A DNA stretch of 64,000 nucleotides from Antechinus flavipes (GCF_016432865.1 NC_067401.1:283154001-283218000); one strand, 5' to 3'. Counted from the stretch's first letter, positions 37,566-49,900 are shown. Program-made: numbers and translations. Notes: a model not told the origin generated them from the sequence alone.

Positions 37566-39644
37566 ACATTATAAGGCTCTTATTGGCAGCACATCCCATC
37601 TATACCTAGGGAAGGTAACATCCCATTTCAAAGTCAGGTCACTATTTTTTTTTTTTTTTGGAGGCTTGCAGGAAGGATTCATTTCCCTTTATCCAAAAAA
37701 ACTGGCTCAAAGCTCTTAGTCTTAGGATCAGAATTTCAGTCCTTATTTTTAGTGTGTTTATTATTTTTTTTGGTGGTGGTAGTGGTGGTAGTAGTAGAAG
37801 TGGTGGCAGTGGTAGTGGCGGTGATGTTTTAAACCAAAATATCTGGCGAGGTTGGGAGGGAAACATGATTCTATTTTTAAACTTTGTTTCACTCATCACC
37901 AAACTGGTTCATGCACGTAAATCATACCAATGATACATATGCCAAATTGTACTCTAGAGTATGTCATACATTCTCTCCTTCATCCACATAGTTGCTTCCC
38001 TTGTCAGCTTGGGGGGGGGGGGAAGGGAGGAAATGGGGAACCTGAGAATGTAGGGAAGCAGAAAGTCGAGCTGAGTTGATTCACTTTAGAAAGGCTGTTT
38101 GAGTTTAAAAATCAAGAGTCCCACTAGGAACCAGGGCCTTTAGTTCTCAGCCCGGCTTTTAAGACATGTGGGAGGGCTTCAAAGGCCCCTGTGCCCTTCT
38201 TTTCCGAGGAAAGACTGCAGTTGGTCCCCAAATGTTTACCAGCATAAAGATGCCCTAACCTACAGGAAGTGGGAAATGAGGAGGGGGAGGGGGAGGGTCA
38301 AAGCCCAGGGTGGGAGGGGGTTTACTCTTGATGTGGTTAGTCTGTCATTGACCTTGTTTTGGTAAAGGAGGGTTGAATTCGAAAATGAGACCACATTTCA
38401 TCTTGGGCACATTTCATCCTTCTTTTGACTTGCTTTGGAAAGTTTTTTTTTTTCCTTGTTGGAGCCAGCTCTGCAGATTTGGTTCTCAATTCCACTTAAC
38501 TCAACAGTCCCCTCTTCCCGTACCGTCGTTCACTGATCATAGGCTCTTCTGAGCAAGCATATGCTCGCCTGTCCCCACCAGAAGACTGAAATATTGTTGC
38601 AGTAGCTGGAGCTGAGTAACATCAGCTGTGATGATAGCATCAAAGAAAATGGATGGGGATTTCTGAGATCAGAACTGTTTAGACCATTCATGACTTGCTG
38701 CCAACCTGAGAGCAACAAAGAAAGCTCTGCCTGAAAAATGCTGATTAATAAAATAATTGAGGTTTTTAGTGCACTTTTGTGTGTGTGTGAACCAGGAGGG
38801 GAGGGAGGGAAATGCCATGACTAAAAATGCACCAAATTATGATGTTGAAATGAACATTTTGAGACATAAAAGTCCAGACAAAAACAACTTTTGATATGGC
38901 TGTGCAGTAATAGGCCAGCCAGCAACTTCTCCCCAATTTTAGTCAACAATATGGTACACTATTTTTAATGCCTTTCTAAAAGGACAAGGGGTCAAGAGGT
39001 CACTACCCATTGCCTTTTATTTTCTTCTCTTAAAAAACCTCTGTGCTGTTTTTTTTAATGGACTATTTGGAGATATTGGAGGAATCTGATTCTGATTTTG
39101 TCAGTCTTCCCTTAAAGATCATTAAAAATTTGGAATCCAAAGTCTTGAATTCATAATCCCATTTCTGCTGCTTACTAGTCATGTGACCTTAGGCAAGTCA
39201 CTTCTACCCCATCCCAGCCTCTGTAAAATAAGGTAGTTGGATTCTTTTCTAAAAAAGCCTGCAGTGAGAAATCAGTACTCTTTTGATCCCATAAATAGGT
39301 AAAGAAAGATGGTTAAATTAGGTTGGTATAACCCTAGAGGGAGTCCCCTGATGCCTGTACTCCCATGCTCTATCATTTCTGCCCCTTAAGGGCTACAGTT
39401 CTACTTGTGGCCCTATCCAGCTTAGCCAAAACAGCTGGAATTAATTTCAGGGTTGCCTGACTAAGCCCTACAAAGGTATTTGAAGTGTGCGTCCTCCCTA
39501 GACTCAAGCCCTTTTCACCGCCTCTGAAGGTGAGTGCAGGCTGATATTAATTAACAGTGAGTTGAATCACTGGCATCCTCCAGTCATTGAAGTAAATATT
39601 TGCCTTAAAACAGCCAAGCCCTCCCACCACCCTCCAAATGTTTT

Positions 39645-39647
<3 letters not shown>

Positions 39648-39685
<38 letters not shown>
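39648..39685. repeat. (CA)n microsatellite
   Basis: Direct reading. Confidence 0.95.
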
Positions 39686-39686
<1 letters not shown>

Positions 39687-41399
39687 ATTTTCCTGTTCTC
39701 TTACTGTATCAGATGGGCTTAAATAGCTCTCAAATGCCATGTGTGACCTAAGAACAGATTTGATCCTAAGAGGGAAGTGAAAAAGTTCTCCTAACATCTG
39801 CATCTCAAAGTGAGACTGTATTTTAATAGAAGGCCTGCCTCCACTATGACTACATTGTTTTTCTGTCCAATGTGGCTCTGACTCAGCATCAGTTAATTAA
39901 CCCTCCCAAAGAGGCTGGATTTCTCTGGTCTAATTATCATCTTCAGAGCTTTCTGAGATCTCTTTTAGGAAGTGCTCATTCAGTTTGACACCCGTACCAC
40001 TTCTCCCAAAGGAGAGCCCTGATTCTTCTAAGGAGCCAGCGTCCCCTGTGGTATTTCATGCTATAGCAGATAAACCAGGGTGCTGAGGGCAGCTTTCAGC
40101 TCTGCTAATATCCCCTGGTGGGTGTTGATTATAGCCTGTCCAAGACCTTTAGACACAGATGCCATTCTCAGATGAAGTAAGCCTTCTTCACTTTTTAGCT
40201 AACAGAACCACAGAAAAGTTTTGTCTTTCTTTTTTAAAGAAGGAAATATATATAGGCACAGTTGTGATTGTGGACTGTTTTTTTTTTTTTCTTTAATTTA
40301 TTTTGATCTTCCTGTAAACAAATACTCAAATGTCCACTTCATTGTATGACTAAGCTGGTATCAGTAGGTTGGGACTGGGTGTGTGTGTGTACGTGTGGGT
40401 GGGTGTGTACGCACATGTGTGTTTAAAATGTTAGAAAAGACACTGCATCCTGAGGCAGAGGGAAGGGATGATAAATAAATCTGAGTATCTGAAGCCAGCA
40501 GGAAAAATCGGAGACTTGCCTTTCGTGCATCTAAAGAGTGTTTGCAACAGAGTGGCTGTCTATTAATGGATCTTATGCATCATTGTTTCTCTGAATTGGA
40601 GGATTCCTTGCTGGGGGAATAGGTCCATTGAAGGAAGTAAAGCATCTGGTTTGTTTTGTAATGAGGAGCAGGAATGCTAGGTCCTTGCTCTTAATAATAA
40701 ACAAACAGGACATTGTATGCCATCATCACAGGATGTCCTTCCTTCAGCCAGACTGGCTTGAACAGGAGGAAAAGACTGACAAGAACTCAGAACCCACTAA
40801 TTACTAACCCAATACTTCTGTCATTTGTAATACACTCTAAGAAGGATCAATCTATTACACTCTCTAATGGTGAAATTATGAATGTTTTATATTTTATTTG
40901 GGTATTGAACTTCAGACTGGTAGTTTGGACTTGTGAAAAGAAGGGAAAGCAAAGAGATTTCTTTGTAGAAGGACTCTGATTTCTTCCCATTTCAATATTC
41001 CCCAAAGATCTTTAAAGAGGGAAAGTTATGCCGAATATAAAATCATTTAATTACCTACTTCTTTGGAAGCTTATACAAATAAATACAAGCCTTAAAATGC
41101 TTCACAGGAAATACACGCTTCACAGGAAATTACTCGAAACCTAGATCTCTGAATTGTATGGCATTATATATTAAATATTAGATACCCATTTCCCTCCCCC
41201 CAGGGACTCCCGCCCACCCCTGCCTCGGCGTGCCCGATGTAAAGTTTGCATTCCCTAACCAGGACTTTTTTTATCAGAACAACAGAAGTTTTAACTAAGA
41301 CTTTTTTTTTTTTTAATGAGAGATGTGTTTATGATACTTTAAGCCTCAGCTGTAAGAAGGGAATAGTTAATGAATTTGTTGCACAAAGCAGATAATGTC

Positions 41400-41886
41400 A
41401 ACTCTTTCACTTTGAGGTTAAGTGTGTTTCGAGGGGAAGTAAGAAAGTTCCAAGTGAATGGTGAACTTCACATGTAATAAGAGGAAAACCTATAAAGCCT
41501 GAACTATTTGGAAAGGGGGGGGGGGAATCCCTCTTTTCGGGCTCGTTCGGATTGGCTTTTGACTGAATTTATACAGGTAGCTCCACCCCCTTAGCTTATT
41601 GAGTAAATGCTCAGTCTGTTTGGTTAAGCAGACAAAGTGCTGTAACACTCAGCCCTCCAGTGTTTCGGCGAGGCAAAAGCACTAAGTGCCGCAGCACCTG
41701 TCTGACAGACACGGAGAGAAAGACAGAGAAAGAGAAGAGAAAAAGAGGCTTGCGGGGGGTGGTGGCGTCGGAGAGACCGTAGAAAAAGGAGTTAACTCTG
41801 GAGGTGTGAGTCAGTTTTTCTCTAAGCCGGCAATTGGAAGGACGAAGAAATGTTTACTGTGTAGAAATGAGTGTGACTTACCTTAG
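41400..41886 (+). promoter_or_regulatory. PRDM1: PRDM1 main (alpha) promoter and 5'UTR; TSS probably ~41615-41630
   Basis: Locally CpG-enriched; ATTGG (CCAAT box) near 41551; CAGACAAAGTGCTGTAACACTCAGCCCTCCAGTGTT resembles the start of human PRDM1 mRNA as recalled; lies directly upstream of coding exon 1. Confidence 0.75.
41522..41531 (+). promoter_or_regulatory. NF-kB site GGGGAATCCC
   Basis: Perfect GGGRNWYYCC match ~100 bp upstream of the inferred TSS; NF-kB-dependent induction from the mouse Prdm1 first-exon region is established. Confidence 0.7.
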
Positions 41887-41928
41887 ATGTTGGATTTTTA
41901 TTTGGAAAAACTTGTGGATACGACTTTG
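41887..41928 (+). CDS. PRDM1: PRDM1 coding exon 1 (MLDFYLEKLVDTTL)
   Basis: 42 nt followed by donor GTAAGA; matches human MLDICLEKRVGTTL (10/14 as recalled); phase 0 with exon 2. Confidence 0.85.
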
Positions 41929-43679
41929 GTAAGAAATTTTTGATTCTATTTCTTTTCTCTTGAGTTGTTTAAACTTTTTTTTTCTCCCTGCTTAACCAAC
42001 ATAGTAGCAGTTGCAAGCAAGTAATACTTTTGCCTTGGTGCACTCAGGACTTCAAACATGTTTATTATAAGACCTTTTCTCTGCTCCTTATGAATCATTA
42101 ACCCTTTCAGTTCTGAGTGCAATTGTCAATTCATTGAAGTTTCAGTCTCAGTTCTTCTCCCCCCTCCCCATAAGATCAAAGAAGAGCAAATATTCGGTGG
42201 TGGCTTAATTTTAAAACCTTTATTATTAGTTAATATTTATTTAGCATCATGACTGTACATGCTGGTAAAAGCCACCCATAGACAGGTCTGTCTAAATTTT
42301 GAACAGTGTAAGACATATGTCCCAGGTTCTTCAATTTGGATGCTCCAGCTCCCCCCCTCCCCCGCCCCCATTAATTATGGCTAAATGAAAGAAGATAAAG
42401 TCTACTTTTAACATCTTCCTTGGGACATTATCTTATTTTGAAAATCAAGTGAGTATTCTCCTTTCATGTATAGAGATTCTTTGTTAAAATTACGAAGTAT
42501 GATTTTTAACAGAAGAGTGTTTGAGACACTTTTTTCTTTTTGTCATCTAGTTTTTGTGTAATAGTATGAGAGAGGGTAACTTTTTTGGGGGGAAGAAAAT
42601 AGAGAACTACTTCTCTCTTATTTGGAAGGCAAATGTTATTACTAATCTAGAGGATAAGGCAGGTTTGGGGAAAGTAGCCCATCACTAGTTGAGGAAGGGC
42701 TTACTTACTCTCTCACTTTTCTATATTTACTATAACTTTCATTATAGTAAATTGAAACACTTATGATTTCTGAAAACGGAATGAATGGTCAAAATTTTCA
42801 ACAGAAAGTACTATTTGTAACCCAGGTGGCTGAAAGGAATTTTCTCCAGGGATATTTACTATTGGACAGTTTTGCATTTTTTGTTGTGCCTTTTCATGAT
42901 GGCGTGAGATGCCAACAAATCACAGAAACCCCATTTTTTCTTCTGTTTTGGTCCAAATGAGTGCACTCCAATGATTTGTGACTAGCTCTACCAGGATGCT
43001 GGCCAAGATGCAGCCTTTTGCTCTCTTCCTTGCCTAGAGGATGAAAGAAAGCAAAGCAGAAGGGGGAGGATAAATAGGGGTGGGGGGGCAGGTTGTTTTG
43101 AAAGTTGTTTGTGCTTTGGAAGCTGGTGGGAAAGTTCAGTCTTCCCCATTTGGAAAAGGCAGGCTGGGTTCCGCTCCTGCAACACACGCGCTTTCCATTT
43201 TTAGCTTCATTCAGACGCAGACAGCAGCTCCTTCCTCTTCCTCTCCTTGTTTATGACACTTTTTTTTTTCTCTGAGGCAGCTTTTCCACAGGCACTGAGT
43301 GGTCTGGTGGCCATGACCCCAGGTTTTCTTGGATACGAGATTGGGAACCCAGAAAGTGGGTTCCGTGCTTTTGAGAGGTAAAGCCAGAAATAGATCTCTG
43401 AGCTGATTTGTTTTGATTTTTTTTTTCCTCAGCGAGTCTGCCTCACTTTGCTTTTTTGTTTTTTGTTTTTTTAAACTAAGCTTAGCATTTGAAAACCTTG
43501 CTCCATTCAGCCCGGGCAATCTCGTTTATACTGCTCTTTTTGGCTGTTACTCAACTGTACCAGCTCTTCTGCATAGGCTTTTCAAGTGCCACAGACTACT
43601 GTATTAGTCACAGTGTCTCAGAGGAAACCACAGAAACTGCAGGACAATGGGGATTAAAGGCTTTTTCCTTCTTTTCCAG

Positions 43680-43928
43680 GCTGCCACCCAGTGTAGCTCC
43701 GACACCGTAAATTTTCCGACCTTGGTAGAGGGGGCAGAGGGAACCATGAAAATGGACATGGAAGATGCTGACATGACTCTGTGGACAGAGGCAGATTTTG
43801 AAGAAAAGTGCACATACATTGTGAATGACCATCCTTGGGACTCTGGTGCTGACGGAGGAGCTTCCATTCAGGCGGAGGCATCTTTGCCAAGGAATCTGGT
43901 TTTCAAATTTGCAACGAACTGCAAAGAG
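43680..43928 (+). CDS. PRDM1: PRDM1 exon 2 (AATQC...[22 protein letters not shown]...ATNCKE)
   Basis: TTTTCCAG acceptor, GTAAGC donor, 249 nt; contains the diagnostic [16 protein letters not shown] motif (ATG at 43746) and the start of the PR domain. Confidence 0.97.
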
Positions 43929-46900
43929 GTAAGCCTCTGCTTTTTTGCTGAAGAAGATTGTCACCTGACAGCCAAATCTCCCATACACTTCTATTGAGGT
44001 CCTATAATCTTGGGAGACTTCTTTGTAAGTACCTGTAAATAATATATCCATTTCATTGCATTCTAATTTTCCTTGAAACAATTTCTGCTTCTCTTCCCTC
44101 CCCCATTCCCCATCATACCAATTAGCAAGCAGTTAAAAGCTTCTGGCAGGCTGTAATGTGCCTAGAAGAGGTATATGCCCAGCATGGGGGTGGGGGGGAA
44201 AAACCGGGGAAGGTAGACCCCTGAGCCAGGTTTTAAACTGCTTGTCAGCAGCCTATGTATCCATTGCCTCTGGCCACTGGATTAAATTGCCTTGGTTGTA
44301 TAATAGCTCTGGGGAGGGGTAGAAAAGTCAAGTTTCCTTGGAAAACACTCTTAATCTTTTCTTTTGTCTCTCTTCAGTTATTAAAGTGCTTTATTCTTTT
44401 TAATGAGCTAGGTTTATTAGCTGTGTTTCTAAAATTATTCCTGAAACATTGACGTGTTTATGAACAGGAGGGATGGTATATAAACTGAGAAAAGTGTCCT
44501 TTGTCAGGATGACTTAAGAGTTAACCACTGTTTATCTGCTGGAGTTCCTTTGCTCCCTGCTAGACTTGTAAATCCCCCCCCCCCAATGTCTGAAGTGGGG
44601 CTGTCCTTTGTTTTTATTTCCAAAGGACTACCTCTGGACCCTGAAAGGACAGTTTGATTTGTGTTCACCCATTTGTGTAACTGTTATAGCTAGGTGTGAT
44701 GTTCAGCTAGGTAATCTGAAAAGCAACCTAACCTCTTTATCTATGGAATTTAGGGCTGTGCCTCTCCCCCCTTTTTTAACCTGTGCTGCTACTGTTCCCA
44801 AATATCTCCTTATCCTTATCCCACTCTAACCCCCCTCCATGTGTAAATTATATTATTGTGTCTTAAGAGAGCAGTGAGAAAGGACTTGTTTGCTTATGAA
44901 AACAGTGTTTGTTTCTGGGAATATTTATTATAGCCATGTAAAATCACTTTCTCTTACTCTTAAAAGTAGCATTTAAAGGACCTGGCAATCTTTTGGGGAA
45001 AGCTTTCTCTCCTAATTTCATGTTCTATAAATTTTTTGTGAATTGGGAGACAAAGTTATCTAAAATAAAGAAAACATTTATTGTATTCCTAAATTCATAG
45101 ATTCAGAGATAGAAACGGGAGCTTAGAGTAAGAGTCTAAACCCCTCATTTTATAGATGAGGAAATAGAAGTTAAATGACTCGCCCAGAGTTACCTAGCTA
45201 GTAAATACTTAACATAGGATTTGAATTCATGTCTTTAGTACTGGACTTCAGGTTCAGCACTAACTATTTACTGCCTCTGATTTATTAAAATTAGAGGCAG
45301 AGGTGTTGGGGAATAGAAGGGGGCCACAGATTTTATATCTACATTTTGTTAAATAATTCGAGTGACAGGATGCCTTTTTATATAATAAACCCTGTCTCAT
45401 ACTAGATTGCTGGAGATGCCCAGAATCCACTATATCCTATGCATCTCATTAAATAGAAACATTTTTCTAAGTAGAACATCTTCAGTTAGTTGTCATAATT
45501 CTTTGACAAAGGCTAACTTGACCTGTTTTGTAAATTGTTTAATGCTAGTTGTTGCTGTGGTTTTAAGAAATGCATTTCCCTTGGCCCCCACCCCCAGTAT
45601 ACAATTTGAAATTTCCAGGAGGAGACTGGGGGTTAAGCCTTCTCTCTTCTTTTGTTCTCCAGGGTTCCCCATTTTATTCAGAAAGCTGCCAAAAGAAACT
45701 GATCTTGATCCCTTATTCTAGTATTTGAGAGATCCTCCCTCTCCTTTAAACAGGCTGTATATTGGTGTGTGCCCTATGTCCCACAGTCAGAATTTATAAC
45801 ATTCTGCCTCATTCTTAGAATTATAGCTTTTTAGAACTGGAAGGTACCATGGAAACCATCCAGCTCTTCACCACCTTTTTACAAAAGATGAAACTGAGGT
45901 TTGGAGTTAAGTGAGTTGCCCAAGGCTACATACTGCTAATTATTGGCCCAGCCTGGACTAAAACTCAGATCTCCTAACACTGACCAATATTCTTTGCATT
46001 AGAACATGATTACCACTTTTTATGTCTCAGCATGATTTTATTTATTTACATGACTATTTGACCCTTCTGAATATCCAGAATGTTATTGATTTAGGAGAGA
46101 TTGTAATTCCTCACAAAGGTGGTTACATGCGAAGTGAGCCCACCTAGGCATCTATTGTTTACCTTTTCCTCTTCTAAATCAAACTTAAAAGAAACAAGCC
46201 ATCTTGGGGGTCCTGGTTGAATCAAACAGGATACAAATTTCATATGCACACTTATTTAACTGTAGCTCTGGAATTTGTACTAGAATGATAGTCTTTGTTA
46301 AAAGAACAATAAATTTCAAAGAATGGAGGGGATTCAACAGGTTTAAGAACAAACATTCATAATTAACAAAATATGCAGGCTGGCATGAATCAGTTTGTTC
46401 TTAGTCATATATCCCATGGGAATTTTTAGAAATTTTTTTGCATGTAGTTTTAATCTGATTTATAAAGTTATTTAAATGTTTTTGTTTAAATGGTAGCTGT
46501 TAAATTACATGTTATTTTTTTCTTTTCCATGACTTTTTTTTTCATTATGAATTTACATATGTATCAGCTCCTTTTTTATTTAAAAAAGTTTCTGCACTAC
46601 TCTCTTGGTGGTTCTAAATTTTATTTAGGTCAATAATGCATTTTAAAGATTCTCTTATTGTTTATTATTATTTCTATAAATAAGGGTTATTTTTAAAGTT
46701 TCATTTAAAAATATGTTAATCCATGCTACTAAACTATTTACTTGTGTCCTTCCTTTTTTGTGGAGACTTGACTGTTGTCCCCCTTAAACACTATTTTTGA
46801 GCATTTAAAAAAATACTAGCTTTGACATTTTATGTATTTGAAAAACTTAAATTCTGAATGTGCTTCTCACTCAATCGGGAAAACTCCTGTTCTGGAAAGT

Positions 46901-49900
46901 CCTAAAGCAATACCATGATAAAAATCAGTCTGCTATATGTCTATTTTAGTTGAAGTCCATTATTAACTTAAGCCATCTGAAAAAAGTATCTCATCACAAC
47001 ATGCAATCCTATGTTCTTGGGGATGGTCTTTTATTTTGGAGATGATACAGGGAGGCTGCTACTGTGTTTCCTTTAATACCGAGATAATTAAGGAGGAAAC
47101 CATCTGAAAACATTTCCTTTCACTCCACCCCTTTAAAAAAAAATCAGATGAATTACAGACTTTAGGTCTTGATCCATCTGTAGAATCCCAATCATCACAG
47201 TGCAAATGATCTTAGGTCCAAAACAAAATTTTAATAGACTGAATCAGTTTTATGAGGAGGAGGGGGGTGAGAGAGAACTAGTAATTTGTGATCTTAATGA
47301 TTTAGAGTGAGTTTGACCACATCATAAATATACCTATATAATAGTCCTCTGCTTAAAAAAATACTATTGTTGAGGAGGTTTGTGTATCATAGGATAAATG
47401 TATGTAAAGTACCTTAGAAACCATAGTTCTAAATAAAATTGTGCTTTTAAAAAAATCTACATAGCTTCTTTAAGGGAGAAATCTGCTTTTTTGGGGAACT
47501 CCTTTTCTCTCCCTAATGGGAATAGATATGCAATAAATACCCCCTCTAGCTCAACCTCTCCAAAGTTTTTAAATCACTTTTATTTTTGTAAAATAAGAGG
47601 CTAAGGAGTCCTGTTTTTTGTCTAGAAGCCTTGGGTGTCAGGATGTGCTCTGTGACTCAGTCCATTGACAGAGACGGATCTTCCAAAATGATAGGAAGGT
47701 CGGTGCTACTCATAAAGCATCCTGGGGACGGGCTTCTGTAGGGACAGATGAAGCATGAAAGTGTTGAAGCTTTTTGTCTTCTCACTGATATGTTTATAGA
47801 AGGCATGCAGCAGCCTTGTCCCAGCAGTAATTCATTAGGACCCTGGTCAGTTCCAATCATGTTTCTTTCCTGGGTTAGGTGAGCACCAGTCTAAAGTGGC
47901 CTTTTTAGCACATGGGAATTCATCAGAGAGACAAGGTCCTTGTATGACCATTGCTAGTTCTGGGACAGTGAAGGCAATGTTGAACTGTGCCCATTTTCAA
48001 ATCAATCAGAAATCTCAAATCATTATAGATACAGAAAATTGTGTTATATTTCATTGTCTCAAGTTTTCTATTTAGAAATCCAACGTTTATTTCATAAAGA
48101 ACAAAATTAATAATATCAGAATAAACAATGAGTGCTATTACCTTACAGGTGATTGTGATTTGACTGGATTATTTCATTTTTATGTGTCCCTTATTTTTAG
48201 ATTAAAACAAAATAGTTGCTTAATGAGTATTTGTTGATCGATTGATCTGCTAGCATCAGGAAAATAGCCTGAACATACTTTTGTTTTAAAGTTGTTGCTT
48301 TCATGTTGGCTGAAGGAATCCATCTGACATTATATCATAATGTTAATTCTAAATGTAATCATTTCTTCCTACCTGTTTAAAAAAAAACTGGTTTAGCTTT
48401 CTAACTGATAATAAAATTAATTAGCTTCATATTATTATGCAAGTACATCTATATGGATAGATAAGTCCCAACACTGTATCATAAACAGGCTTTTGTGAAG
48501 CTATAAGTGAGGTGCAATGTGCTCTAAATATGCCATTTAATATGTTGTACAATACCATAATTTAAATTCTCTCTTTAACTCCACTGTATGGAGCACTTAC
48601 ACCACAGGAATATATACATTTCAAAAAAAGACAATGGAGCTAACCACATGGCCATTCATAATAAAAATTATTTTCCCTAATAGTTTTGAGATCTTTAAGG
48701 TAGATTTCATAGGCTCTCAAGCCAAATTATTTGTTATATGTCTGTGCTCTATCTCGACTAGATTGTCAACTCCTAGAATGTGGGAATTAGATTTCATACC
48801 TTATTTAAGACATATGTGCTATTAAGTAAATTTTTTCGATTGACATCTTCCCAATTAAAGAAAGACAATAATGCTTATAGAAAGTAGATTCTAGCCTATG
48901 ATCTTGTATTTGATCACTGAAAAACTATTTGGTATTTTTATTGATACAACATGAATTCAACTGATAGAAGATCAGTTTTAATGCTGAAAAGCAAGCACCT
49001 CAATCTGGTAGACAGAGAATGGCCACTAGGTGGAAAAGCACTGACCTCAATGTAATGTTGCTTGTTGGTAATCATGCACTGTCTCAAGACTGTTTAAAAT
49101 TATAGTCTCCAGCAGACACAAAAGTTGGTGAACCAGTTGAGTGCCTCTCTTAAAATTACTACTTTAACATGGACATGTTGAAAAATCAGCTGTTAATTAT
49201 TGGCTGACCAGCAAATGGCATTATTTGCTGTTCCTGTTTGGGCTTTTTAATGCTGTGTTATAATCAGTCAAATATAAGTGTCAGAAAATTTGCTACATCC
49301 TAAGAAGCCAACATGAATGTTTCAAGTTGACTGTTTTCAAGGATGCTCTAGATAGTGAGAATTTCACTTAGGTATACAGAGACAAAAATCATAGAATGAC
49401 AGGGCCCTTCACCAGTCCAGCTTTCTTATTTCACAGTTGAGGAAACTTGAAGCTAGAGTGCCCAAGACTTTACTAATATCTTCCTAGCAGTTAGGCTGTT
49501 CTGATTACCAATAATAATGAGTCTTTATTGAAAGGTCAGATAGATGTAAATGAGAGCAGAGGAGGATGAAATGAACATCTGTCTTTTTCAGCTCAGTCAG
49601 AAATGCAGGAAAATGCCCAAAATAAAATTGGCCCCAACAACCTTGTTTCAGCTTGTGTTAAGTATAGGAACTTTTCTGCCCCTACCTTTTTCCTCCCCGA
49701 CTCTATGTATGCCAGATGCTTTTAAATGCTTCACTGGCTTTTATGTCAACTATTGTGCTCTTGATCACTTGCTGATATGAACTCAGCATCTGCCAGAAGT
49801 TTGTTGATCTGCTTTTTGGCTTAACTGTATGATTCCATAGAAGTTTTGGGTCCCTTTTCATTTGAAGGGGGACTTAATGTATTGCTAGAAATTGCATGGA

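Noticed and set aside
1-41400. Ortholog of the mouse distal alternative first exon
   Set aside because: The mouse distal promoter is reported ~70 kb upstream, probably outside this window, and I cannot recognise its sequence.
931-41886. Numerous 60-115-aa ORFs in the upstream region
   Set aside because: They are low-complexity, F/L/K/I-rich translations of AT-rich or repeat DNA with no recognisable domains or splice-supported structure.
43604-44081. Antisense ORFs overlapping exon 2 (87 aa and 157 aa)
   Set aside because: Explained as shadows of the sense coding exon; no independent promoter or homology evidence.
49018-49036. CTCF-like TGGCCACTAGGTGGAAA in intron 2
   Set aside because: The core matches but the normally conserved 3' C-(G/A)-(C/G) positions are AAA; too weak to call.
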